Positions 40,457-49,964 of a stretch of 64,000 nt of DNA are shown here, piece by piece (the stretch's first letter is position 1; every line of letters begins with the position of its first letter). Source of the stretch: Minisyncoccia bacterium (lineage in GTDB: Bacteria; Patescibacteriota; Minisyncoccia; SW-4-49-11); NCBI GenBank assembly GCA_044356725.1, contig JBIKVS010000001.1, positions 36,873 to 100,872 of the forward strand, read 5' to 3'. A model generated the notes under the pieces. It was not told the DNA's origin, made no database searches, and saw nothing but the letters and a program-made list of their open reading frames with translations. The position numbers and the translations under genes are program-made.

Positions 40457-41434
40457 ATGAGTAATATTTGTCTTACCGGAATTCAGCCCACAGGAAAGTT
40501 GCATATTGGTAACTATTTTGGAGCTATGCAGCCTATTTTAGAGCTATCCAGACAATCTGAATTTGATAGAACTTTAGTATTTATAGCTAATTTACATTCT
40601 CTTAATAGTATTAAAGATGGGGAGACTCTGCGAACCTATACTCAAGAAATTGCTCTTGATTATTTAGCACTAGATTTAGATTTGTCTAAAACTAGCTTAT
40701 TTTTACAATCAGATGTGAAGTCCTTGACTGAACTTACTTGGATATTCAATAATCTAGTATCAGTAGCTTACTTAGAAAGGTCTCATGCCTATAAAGATGC
40801 AGTCGATAATGGCAAAGAAGCTAATATGGGATTATTTGATTATCCCGTTTTGATGGCAGCAGATATTTTATTATATCAATCCAATGTAGTACCAGTAGGA
40901 CAAGACCAAAAACAACATATTGAAATTGCACAAACCATAGCTAAAAAATTCAATTCTCAATATGGCCAATTATTCACCATTCCAAAACCATATATTCAAC
41001 CAAATGTAGCTATAGTCAAAGGTCTTGATGGGCGAAAAATGAGTAAATCATATAAGAATACCATTGAGATTTTCGAGGAAGCTGATTCGATTCGAGCTAA
41101 AGTAATGAAAATAACCACAGATTCTAAAGCACCCAATGAACCAAAAGACCCCGATACTTGTAATATAATGTCAATATATAGGTTATTAACTAGCCCAGAG
41201 GAAATAACAAAGATGGAGTCTAGATATATCTCAGGACAAATTTCTTATAAAGAAGCTAAAGAAATACTAGCTGAGGCAACTTTAGAATACTTCACCCCAA
41301 TACGAACTCGCCGTCAGGAATTAGCTCAAAACCCAGAATATGTAGCTGAAATATTAGCAAAAGGAGAAAAAGAAGCTAATATAATAGCAGAGCAAACCAT
41401 TCAACAAGTCAGAAAATTGGTGGGTATTAGTTAA
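40457..41434 (+). CDS. trpS: tryptophan--tRNA ligase
   Basis: GIQPTG, HIGNY, YPVLMAADIL, GQDQ, KMSKS. Confidence 0.97.
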   Translation: MSNICLTGIQPTGKLHIGNYFGAMQPILELSRQSEFDRTLVFIANLHSLNSIKDGETLRTYTQEIALDYLALDLDLSKTSLFLQSDVKSLTELTWIFNNLVSVAYLERSHAYKDAVDNGKEANMGLFDYPVLMAADILLYQSNVVPVGQDQKQHIEIAQTIAKKFNSQYGQLFTIPKPYIQPNVAIVKGLDGRKMSKSYKNTIEIFEEADSIRAKVMKITTDSKAPNEPKDPDTCNIMSIYRLLTSPEEITKMESRYISGQISYKEAKEILAEATLEYFTPIRTRRQELAQNPEYVAEILAKGEKEANIIAEQTIQQVRKLVGIS

Positions 41435-41504
41435 AATCTTAATTTGCTAAAACTTAAAATTTATGATATAATATTAATATATTAAAGTAATATAAATAAA
41501 AACG

Positions 41505-42887
41505 ATGGTAAGTATTCAATTTTGTGGAGGAGCGGGTTCAGTAACAGGGGCTAATTATGTTATAGATAATGGTAAAATTAGATTTGTTGTGGATTGTGGT
41601 CTTATTCAGGGAAATAAAGAAGCCGATGAATTAAACTATGTGCCTTTTGTGTATGATCCTAAGAGTATTGACTTTATGATCGCCACTCATACACATATTG
41701 ACCATATTGGACGTATCCCCAAATTGGTCAAAGAAGGCTTTAGAGGTGAAATATACTCCACTTATCCTACTCAAGAGTTCTCTGAAATATCGCTAAGAGA
41801 TACTGTCTCTATTATGGAACATGATCATACTCAATTACCTTTATTTAGTGGTGAAGATGTAGATCAGGCTGTATCTCAGTGGAGAGGTAGGGAATATCAC
41901 GAAATATATGAGATCAATGAGCATATGTCATTTAGATTTCAGGATGCGGGGCATATTCTAGGCTCAGCCATTACTGAAATTTGGGTGCTTGATCCAGAGA
42001 CTGGAAAGAGAATAAAGCTAGTTTTCTCTGGAGATTTAGGCAATGTCCCATCTGTTTTATTACGAAAATATGATTATATAGAGGAGGCCGATTATGTTAT
42101 TGTAGAATCTTGTTATGGAGATAGAATTCACCAAAAGTTAGCTGAGAGAAGGGAAATTTTAAAACAAGCTATCAAGGATACGATTGAAAGAAAGTCAGTT
42201 CTATTAATGCCAACATTCTCTATTGAGAGGACTCAAGATATTTTATATGAATTAAATGATATTATCGAAAATCATTCAGGACAAGGTATCCCTAGAGGTA
42301 GTGTTGGTAAAATTGATGTGTATTTGGATTCTCCTTTAGCCATTAAAGCTACAAACATACATGCCAAATATACTCAATATTATAATCAGGAGGCAAAACA
42401 ATTATCTAAAACAGATAAAATTTTTGATTTCCCATTTTTAACCTTTACCGAAAGTAGAGAAGACTCTATGCGTATTAATAGTCAGCCTCAACCTAAGATG
42501 ATAATGGCAGGATCAGGTATGTCTACTGGGGGTAGGGTTCTATATCATGAAGAGAGATATTTGTCTAACCCAAAAAACATTATACTTTTTGTAGGATATC
42601 AAGCTCCTTATACTTTGGGTAGAAGGATTTTGGAAGGAGAGAGCCCAGTATACATACATAATCATCCAGTAGAAAATAGAATAGAAGTTAGAAGAGTAGA
42701 AGGATATTCAGCTCATGCAGACCAAGAAATGTTATTAGATTGGTTATCTAAGATTAAAAATTCTAAAAATGTCTTCGTGGTTCAAGGAGAGCAAGAAGCC
42801 TCTCAAACTCTAGCAGACGCTATTCAAGATAACTTACATATTCAATCTAAAGTTCCTATAGAAAATGAAATAGTCATATTAACTTAA
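41505..42887 (+). CDS. MBL-fold beta-CASP ribonuclease
   Basis: THTHIDHIG, AGHILGS, FSGDLG, SAHAD. Confidence 0.93.
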   Translation: MVSIQFCGGAGSVTGANYVIDNGKIRFVVDCGLIQGNKEADELNYVPFVYDPKSIDFMIATHTHIDHIGRIPKLVKEGFRGEIYSTYPTQEFSEISLRDTVSIMEHDHTQLPLFSGEDVDQAVSQWRGREYHEIYEINEHMSFRFQDAGHILGSAITEIWVLDPETGKRIKLVFSGDLGNVPSVLLRKYDYIEEADYVIVESCYGDRIHQKLAERREILKQAIKDTIERKSVLLMPTFSIERTQDILYELNDIIENHSGQGIPRGSVGKIDVYLDSPLAIKATNIHAKYTQYYNQEAKQLSKTDKIFDFPFLTFTESREDSMRINSQPQPKMIMAGSGMSTGGRVLYHEERYLSNPKNIILFVGYQAPYTLGRRILEGESPVYIHNHPVENRIEVRRVEGYSAHADQEMLLDWLSKIKNSKNVFVVQGEQEASQTLADAIQDNLHIQSKVPIENEIVILT

Positions 42888-42892
42888 AATTT

Positions 42893-44947
42893 ATGCAAGA
42901 CTTATTTTATCCAGATAGTATAGCCATTATTGGGGCTTCTCGTAATCAATCTAAAATTGGATCTATAATCTTTCATAATATACTAAAGACTAATTATAAA
43001 GGTGATTTGTTTTTAGTTAATCCATCAGCTAGAAAAATTGAAGGCTACCCAGTATACTCTCATATTAATCAATTGCCTCAGGGGATAAAGGTCGCTATTG
43101 TGGTTATTCCAGCAGCTTTTGTCTTAGAAGCTGTGGAGGAATTAGGTAAGAAGGGAGTTAAATATGCTGTGATTATCTCTGCAGGATTTAAAGAATCTAG
43201 CTCAGAAGGTAAATCTAGAGAGAAGGCTTTGACCAAAATAGCTAAAATATACGGGATAAAAATTATTGGACCAAACTGTTTAGGAATAATCAATAATGAT
43301 GCTAATAGATATGCCTATAATGGTTCTTTTGGTTTATTATCTCACCTAACTGGTAATGTTTCGCTAGTGTCACAGTCAGGAGCTTTAATATCTGCCTTTA
43401 TTGACAGAGCAGATAGTTTGAATATAGGGTTTAATAAAATTATTAGTTTAGGGAATAAATTAGATATAGATGAAGTAGATGCTATTAAGTATTTCGAGCA
43501 AGACTCTAAAACTAAAGTCATTAGTCTATATCTAGAAGGTATAGCAAGGCCAATAGAATTTATTAAAGCCATTAAAAATTCTACTAAGCCAATTATTATC
43601 CTCAAGGCAGGTAGGTCAGACAAAGCTAAGAAAACCATCCAATCTCATACCGGCTCACTAGCAGGAGATGAAGTTATTATAGATACTCTCTTACAAGAGG
43701 CAGGAGCTATTATAGTCTATTCATTAGAAGAATTATTTGATACTGTACAATTATTCTCTCGATTTCAAAGTATATCTAGATTTGGGACGGCTATTATAAC
43801 TAATGCTGGAGGGCTGGGAGTTTTATCTGTAGATGCTAGCTCACAATATAATCTGAAATTAGCTAATCTAGAAGCTAAAGCTATTCAGCAATTAGATCAA
43901 GTTTTACCCTCAGCAGCTAGTACTCATAATCCAGTAGATATACTAGGAGATGCTGATGCCATTAGATATAGGGAAACTTTACAAGTTTTAGTCAAAGAAA
44001 AGTCAGTAGGCTCATTAATAGTACTAATAAGTCCACAAGTAATGACTCCACTGACAGATATAGGTAGAGTCATAAAGGAAATAGCTACTAAGTATCCGCA
44101 TAAACCAGTTTTAACAGTTATAGTAGGAGGAGATAAAACGGTTCAACTAACAAAAGAAATCAAAAATTATCCTTATTTTGATACTCCAGAAAGAGCAATT
44201 AGAGCCTTATCTAATTTATACAAATACAAGTATCAATCACGAAATGCTAAGCTTTGGGATGAACCAACATCTTATGTCAAAAAATCATCAATTCAGAGTA
44301 TTAAACAAGCTTTAGATCAAGATAAATCTCAAAAACTAATAAGTGCTTCTTGGGATACTGTTAATTTAATAGCCAAAGAATTATCATTAGAATTGCCAAA
44401 AACTTTAGATATTAAATCCAATACAGATATAAAAAAATTAGAGAAAAAACTACAATACCCAATAGTACTAAAAGATGTCAATCCCAATATATTACATCGT
44501 ACAGACTCAGGTTTAGTACAATTAGGAGTTAGTAGTCTAGATGAAGTTAAGAAATTTTATAAAAAACATAAAAATGGTCAAATCATAGCTCAAGAGCAAG
44601 CCCATAAAGGGATAGAAGTCTTCGTAGGGGTAAAACGAGACCCACAGTTAGGCACAGTTTTATTACTAGGATCAGGAGGAATATATGCAGAAATCCTAAA
44701 TGATATAGCATTTGCTAGTATGCCAATCACAAAACCATATATCCTCAAAACTCTCAAAAAAACAAAAGTTTATAAAATACTGAATGGAGCTAGAGGTAAA
44801 GAATATGACATCAATTGGCTAGTAGATACAATTTTCCAACTAAATCTATTGATATATTCAGTTCCTTTGATACAAGAACTAGATGTCAATCCAATCATAG
44901 TATATCCAAAAGGAGGTTGTATTCTTGACTTGAAAGTGATTTTATAG
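42893..44947 (+). CDS. acetate--CoA ligase (ADP-forming), fused alpha/beta
   Basis: IIGAS, GPNCLG, SQSGA, SHTGSLAG, NPVD, ELDVNP. Confidence 0.92.
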   Translation: MQDLFYPDSIAIIGASRNQSKIGSIIFHNILKTNYKGDLFLVNPSARKIEGYPVYSHINQLPQGIKVAIVVIPAAFVLEAVEELGKKGVKYAVIISAGFKESSSEGKSREKALTKIAKIYGIKIIGPNCLGIINNDANRYAYNGSFGLLSHLTGNVSLVSQSGALISAFIDRADSLNIGFNKIISLGNKLDIDEVDAIKYFEQDSKTKVISLYLEGIARPIEFIKAIKNSTKPIIILKAGRSDKAKKTIQSHTGSLAGDEVIIDTLLQEAGAIIVYSLEELFDTVQLFSRFQSISRFGTAIITNAGGLGVLSVDASSQYNLKLANLEAKAIQQLDQVLPSAASTHNPVDILGDADAIRYRETLQVLVKEKSVGSLIVLISPQVMTPLTDIGRVIKEIATKYPHKPVLTVIVGGDKTVQLTKEIKNYPYFDTPERAIRALSNLYKYKYQSRNAKLWDEPTSYVKKSSIQSIKQALDQDKSQKLISASWDTVNLIAKELSLELPKTLDIKSNTDIKKLEKKLQYPIVLKDVNPNILHRTDSGLVQLGVSSLDEVKKFYKKHKNGQIIAQEQAHKGIEVFVGVKRDPQLGTVLLLGSGGIYAEILNDIAFASMPITKPYILKTLKKTKVYKILNGARGKEYDINWLVDTIFQLNLLIYSVPLIQELDVNPIIVYPKGGCILDLKVIL

Positions 44948-44983
44948 TTTATAAATTGCAGGGCTTTAAGTAAGAGATATTGT

Positions 44984-45205
44984 GTAGGAGCGACCTTTCA
45001 GTTGCCTGCATTTTTCCTTTGGTGGAGGGAGTGCTGAGCTAAATTCCCCTCTCTGCCTACGGTAGATAAATTGAGGGGTGGACAGCTATGCTGGACGGGG
45101 TGGATTATTTTGCAACTTGAGCTAAATTCTCCCTTAGAAAGAGAAACATAAGTGCTGAGAAAACAGCACAGGCGACTGGCAGCCCCTACGAAACTCCCAA
45201 CTCCC
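44984..45205. repeat. REP cluster 3
   Basis: Inverted class B REPs (44984-45008 +, 45169-45192 -) enclose a TGAGCTAAATTCCCCTC...GGGGTGG element (45035-45103) and a partial copy at 45118. Confidence 0.85.
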
Positions 45206-45316
45206 AATTAATAATTCACTACTCACAAGACATAATTTATACTTTTTCTAATTTATGCTATACTAAATCTAATAAAAAAATTTTTTATATAAACTATAAA
45301 AGTAATTGTATAAGTA

Positions 45317-46543
45317 TTATTTATAAATAGCTTTAATAAAATTTCTCTTTCCTTTTTGGATAATTAAACCTTCCTTTACAATATTAATTTCTCTATCTGA
45401 ATTAATAATATTACCATCAATTTTTATTCCATTTTGTTCTATTACTCTTTTAGCCTCACTTTTACTTTCTACTAATCTAGTCTCAAGTAATATTTCAACT
45501 AAAGATATCTTTTTTTTACTAACTATAAATTCTTTTATTTCAGTAGGGATACCTTTGTTTTGAAAAGTATTAATAAAATATTTTTCAGCTTTCTGAGCCA
45601 ATTCTTCCCCATGATAAATTTCGGTAATTTTAAAAGCTAATTTCATTTTTACATCTTTTGGATTAACTAGATTAAGTTCTAAATCTTTTCTAATTTTATC
45701 AATATTCCCTAAACTCTCATAAGTACAGTCTACAAAAAGCTGATATATGTTCTCGTCAGGTTGAGCCATTATTTTACCATATATATCAATATGATTCATA
45801 TTTAGAAATATCCCAGTTCCAAGACTCTTGGACATCATCTTTTCTTTAGTAATTGGGTTTTCTAAAAGAGTTGTAATTATTACAAACTTTTCTTTTTGTT
45901 TATATCTTTGCAAAAGAGTTCTTCCACATAGAGCATTAAATTTTTGATCATTTCCACATATTTCAGCATCTACATCTAAGTGAACACTATCATAGCCTTG
46001 CATTAGAGGGTAAAAAAATTCGTGTACATAAATAGGTTTTTCTTCTTTTAATCTCTTTTCAAACATATCTCTCTCCAGCATTCTTTGTACTGTGAAATTG
46101 GAAGCTAAATCTATAACATCTTCAAAACTCATTTTAGATAACCAATCGTGATTATAGACAATCTCTACAGGGTTTTTGGTATCATTAAAGGAAATAATAG
46201 GACTTAATTGCTTAATCCAAGTTTTAGTATTTTCTATAACCTGTTTCCGAGTTAACTGTATTCTGGTAGCACTTTTATCAGTAGGATCTCCTATTCTAGC
46301 AGTAAAATCTCCGATTAATAATATTACTTTGTGTCCTAAACTACGAAGTTTTTCTAAAAGAATATAATTTGTAGCATGCCCAATATGTAGGGCTGGACCA
46401 GTAGCATCAGCTCCTATATAAAATCTTAATTGTCTACCAGACATCAATTCTTTTTTGAGAGCATCTTTAGATGGCAGTATTTCAACAATGCTACGAGATA
46501 ATATTTCATCTATAACTTTTTCATCTATGATAATTTTATTCAT
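45317..46543 (-). CDS. tyrS: tyrosine--tRNA ligase
   Basis: GADATG, HIGH, GDPT, YPLMQGYD, MSKS, C-terminal S4 domain. Confidence 0.97.
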   Translation of the reverse strand: MNKIIIDEKVIDEILSRSIVEILPSKDALKKELMSGRQLRFYIGADATGPALHIGHATNYILLEKLRSLGHKVILLIGDFTARIGDPTDKSATRIQLTRKQVIENTKTWIKQLSPIISFNDTKNPVEIVYNHDWLSKMSFEDVIDLASNFTVQRMLERDMFEKRLKEEKPIYVHEFFYPLMQGYDSVHLDVDAEICGNDQKFNALCGRTLLQRYKQKEKFVIITTLLENPITKEKMMSKSLGTGIFLNMNHIDIYGKIMAQPDENIYQLFVDCTYESLGNIDKIRKDLELNLVNPKDVKMKLAFKITEIYHGEELAQKAEKYFINTFQNKGIPTEIKEFIVSKKKISLVEILLETRLVESKSEAKRVIEQNGIKIDGNIINSDREINIVKEGLIIQKGKRNFIKAIYK

Positions 46544-46623
46544 ATATAATTATACTACTTCTAAGCACTACTTATATATTACATTATTTTTACATTTTAT
46601 ACTAGTTAATTTAAAATTTTTAT

Positions 46624-46652
46624 TTGACATTAACTAAAAATCAATATATAAT
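46624..46652 (+). promoter_or_regulatory. nusA promoter
   Basis: TTGACA-17 nt-TATAAT. Confidence 0.8.
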
Positions 46653-46682
46653 ATTAAGTATATGATATGGGTAAATTTAGAG

Positions 46683-46723
46683 TAGATCTGCTTTTTGGAA
46701 TAAAGAGTAGATCTATTTTATTT
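46683..46723 (+). terminator. terminator/attenuator in the nusA leader
   Basis: 14-bp AU-rich stem (2 G-U pairs), GGAAT loop, then TTTTATTT. Confidence 0.6.
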
Positions 46724-46760
46724 CATATGGTATTATGATAATAACATTAAGAATATTAAT

Positions 46761-47966
46761 ATGTTGAATGCTAAACAATTTACCTTTGCTATCACTCAAA
46801 TTGCAGAGGAAAAAAACATCCCAGAAGATAAAATTATAGAAGTTATTGAAAGTGCTATTGCAGCTGCTTACAAAAAGGACTATGGTGAAAAAAGTCAGAT
46901 TATTAAGGCTAAGTTCAATAAAGACACTGGTATATTTTCAATTTTCGGACACAAAACAGTAGTAAATGTAGATGAGGAAGGTTATATTATCTTGAGTGCA
47001 GAGCAAAACGCTGAAGATTTGGGGCCAGCTCAAGAAGAAGAATCAGAAGATGGTGTAAGAAAAATTAGATTTAACCCAGATAGGCATATTTCACTTGTTG
47101 ATGCTCAGTCTATTCAGCCAGAAATACAAGAAGGAGAGGAAATTGTTGAAGAATTAGAACCAAGGGAAGATTTTGGTAGAATTGCAGCTCAGACAGCTAA
47201 GCAAGTATTGATGCAAAAGATTCGCGAGATTGAGAGAACTACAGCTTTTGAAGCCTATAAAGATAGAGTTGGAGAAGTAATTACAGGTACTATTCAGAGA
47301 ATGGATAGAGGGATTATATTTGTAGACCTTGGTAAAGGAGTTGGTTTGTTATTCCCATCAGAGCAAGTTTATGCTGATAATTATCGTATAGGTAATAGAC
47401 ATAAATTCTTAATTCAAAGCGTAGAAACTACTGAGAGAGAACCTAATATTGTCTTATCCAGAAGAAGTACTGATTTTGTCAAAACATTATTTGCTCTAGA
47501 AGTGCCAGAAATATTCGCAGGTTCAGTAGAGATAGTATCTGTTGCAAGAGATGCTGGAGTTAGAACTAAATTAGCAGTCAAAGCTAACGGAGAAGGTATT
47601 GATCCAGTTGGGGCTTGTGTTGGGCAAAGAGGAACTAGAGTGCAGTCTATCATAAATGAATTAGGTGGAGAAAAAATTGATATTATAGAATATTCTGATA
47701 ACTTAGAAGATTATATTAAAGCTGCAATTGCTCCAGCTAAGGTAGAAAATATTACTATTGATTCAGCTAATAGACAAGCTGTTGTTATTGTTCCGCAAGA
47801 CCAATTATCTTTAGCTATTGGTGGGTCTGGACAAAATGTAAGACTAGCGTCCAGATTAACTGGTTATGATATTAATTTAAATCCAGAGTCTAAAACTGTA
47901 ACGACTCCAGTTATTGAAAAGACTGAAACTATGTCAGCTGAAGAAGTTGTAGATAATACTGCATAA
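46761..47966 (+). CDS. nusA: transcription factor NusA
   Basis: FGRIAAQTAKQ, LEVPEI, DPVGACVG, SLAIG, GQNVRLA. Confidence 0.98.
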   Translation: MLNAKQFTFAITQIAEEKNIPEDKIIEVIESAIAAAYKKDYGEKSQIIKAKFNKDTGIFSIFGHKTVVNVDEEGYIILSAEQNAEDLGPAQEEESEDGVRKIRFNPDRHISLVDAQSIQPEIQEGEEIVEELEPREDFGRIAAQTAKQVLMQKIREIERTTAFEAYKDRVGEVITGTIQRMDRGIIFVDLGKGVGLLFPSEQVYADNYRIGNRHKFLIQSVETTEREPNIVLSRRSTDFVKTLFALEVPEIFAGSVEIVSVARDAGVRTKLAVKANGEGIDPVGACVGQRGTRVQSIINELGGEKIDIIEYSDNLEDYIKAAIAPAKVENITIDSANRQAVVIVPQDQLSLAIGGSGQNVRLASRLTGYDINLNPESKTVTTPVIEKTETMSAEEVVDNTA

Positions 47967-48041
47967 GAAATAGTAGCCGAAGAAAACACTTCTAATTCAG
48001 AATCTCAAGACTAATTATTATTAAATTTAATAAATAAACAT

Positions 48042-48578
48042 ATGAATCTATATACTGATGTTCCAAGATTAGAGTCTTTGCCAGAAGAATTCAATGTAGT
48101 CATAGATATTCCTATGAATTCTACCTCAAAATTTGAATATGATGAAAAGGGAGGGTATTTTAAATTAGACCGAACCTTATATTCTCCTTTAATATATCCA
48201 TTTGAATATGGTTTTATACCACAAACTCACGGAGAGGATGGAGATGCTTTAGATGTTATCTTATTAGCTACCAGACCTACTTTTTCAGGTTGTGTAGTCA
48301 AATCAAGAGCGGTAGGAGTATTAAAAATGAGCGATGAGGCAGGCATTGACCATAAATTAATTTGTGCTCCTGTAGCTAAATTAGATCCTAGATTAGCTCA
48401 TATTCAAGACTTAGAAGATATTGAATTACATTTAGTCAAAGAAATAGAATTATTTATGGCTGACTATAAAAAATTAGAGCCAGGTAAATATGAATTTGTA
48501 AAAATTGAAGGCTTTGGGGATAAAGAAGAAGCCAAGCATATTTTGACACAAGGAGCAAAATCTTATGACAATAAATAA
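48042..48578 (+). CDS. ppa: inorganic pyrophosphatase (family I)
   Basis: YPFEYGFIPQT, DGDALD, DEAGIDHK. Confidence 0.95.
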   Translation: MNLYTDVPRLESLPEEFNVVIDIPMNSTSKFEYDEKGGYFKLDRTLYSPLIYPFEYGFIPQTHGEDGDALDVILLATRPTFSGCVVKSRAVGVLKMSDEAGIDHKLICAPVAKLDPRLAHIQDLEDIELHLVKEIELFMADYKKLEPGKYEFVKIEGFGDKEEAKHILTQGAKSYDNK

Positions 48579-48583
48579 AAAAC

Positions 48584-48970
48584 ATGAAAAAGCTATTTCT
48601 GTGGGTAAATAGCATATTACTACTAATTGCTAGTGCAGTAGTATACTATATAGTTGTTTATACTAATCCTACTGATATGCCAGCAGCTACTGTTTGGGCT
48701 TTTTTGGTATGTATTATAGTTATAGTTTGGTCTATAACCACTTATTTAGGTTATTCCATTAGACTATTTTTATCCCATAATTTATTCAAAAATAGAGATA
48801 CTAGCTATATCTTAATGAGATCGGAAAGACAGGGATTATTATTGGGTATTTTATTTGGGCTACAATTGGCATTACAAGGATTTTTGCTTTTTAATATACT
48901 TAGTGCTACAATATTAACAATAGCGATATTTTTACTGGAGTTTTTCTTTATCGCTCAAGAGAATAAATAA
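48584..48970 (+). CDS. hypothetical 4-TM membrane protein
   Basis: Four hydrophobic segments, RQG motif. Confidence 0.7.
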   Translation: MKKLFLWVNSILLLIASAVVYYIVVYTNPTDMPAATVWAFLVCIIVIVWSITTYLGYSIRLFLSHNLFKNRDTSYILMRSERQGLLLGILFGLQLALQGFLLFNILSATILTIAIFLLEFFFIAQENK

Positions 48971-48983
48971 TAAATTTTAGAAT

Positions 48984-49964
48984 ATGATATCAATTGAAGA
49001 AGTAATCAAAGAGTATAAATCAGATATAAAAAAATCTTTAGATATAGATAAATTAGAGCATAAGTACCTTTCTCGTAAAGGGTATATTGCAGAACTATTT
49101 AAAGCTCTAAAAGATATTATTCCAGAGAAAAAATCAGCTTATGGACAGCAACTTAATGAATTAAAACAAGAAATAGAAGAGTATATAAATAAACATAAAA
49201 CTCAAGATACCGAATCTAAAATAGAGATTTATCCAATACATCCTCTAGATATACAATCTACTGTAGGAGGTTTATCTCCAATTTCCAGATTAATATTCAA
49301 AATCCAAGATATTTTTGAGGAATTAGGTTTTTCAGTGGCTGTAGGACCAGAGTTAGAATCTGAAAAATATAATTTTGATTTATTAAATATCCCTGAATCA
49401 CATCCAGCTCGTGATGTTTGGGATACTATGTGGGTTCAGAATCCAGCAGGAGTTCAATCATTATTACGCACTCATACTTCTCCAGTACAAATTCATTATA
49501 TGGAGAACAATAAGCCTCCAATTAGAATTATAGCTCCTGGTAAAGTTTATCGGTATGAAGCTACTGATTCCACTCATGAAACAGTATTCCATCAAGTAGA
49601 GGGGTTATTTTTAGATGATAAAGCAAGTATAGCTACCTTTAAGGGCGTAATTAACTATTTTTTCAAAGAATTATTTCAGCAAGATATCAAAATTAGATTA
49701 AGACCAAGTTATTTCCCTTTTACTGAGCCTAGTTTTGAAATAGATATTTGGCTAGAAGATAAATGGCTAGAAATTGCTGGAGCTGGTATGGTTAATCGAA
49801 AGGTATTAGAAAATGGTGGGATTACAGACCCTAATATTCAAGGATTTGCCTTCGGGTTTGGAGTAGAAAGATTAGCAATGATACTATATGGTATTGATGA
49901 TATTAGGCTGATACACTCTGCAGACATTAGATTTACATCTCAATTAGGTAAAATACAATTATGA
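48984..49964 (+). CDS. pheS: phenylalanine--tRNA ligase alpha subunit
   Basis: HPAR, LRTHTSPVQ, FHQVEG, YFPFTEPS, GFAFGFGVER. Confidence 0.98.
   Translation: MISIEEVIKEYKSDIKKSLDIDKLEHKYLSRKGYIAELFKALKDIIPEKKSAYGQQLNELKQEIEEYINKHKTQDTESKIEIYPIHPLDIQSTVGGLSPISRLIFKIQDIFEELGFSVAVGPELESEKYNFDLLNIPESHPARDVWDTMWVQNPAGVQSLLRTHTSPVQIHYMENNKPPIRIIAPGKVYRYEATDSTHETVFHQVEGLFLDDKASIATFKGVINYFFKELFQQDIKIRLRPSYFPFTEPSFEIDIWLEDKWLEIAGAGMVNRKVLENGGITDPNIQGFAFGFGVERLAMILYGIDDIRLIHSADIRFTSQLGKIQL

Noticed and set aside
44998-45207. 69-aa minus-strand ORF
   Set aside because: Made entirely of REP cluster 3 sequence.
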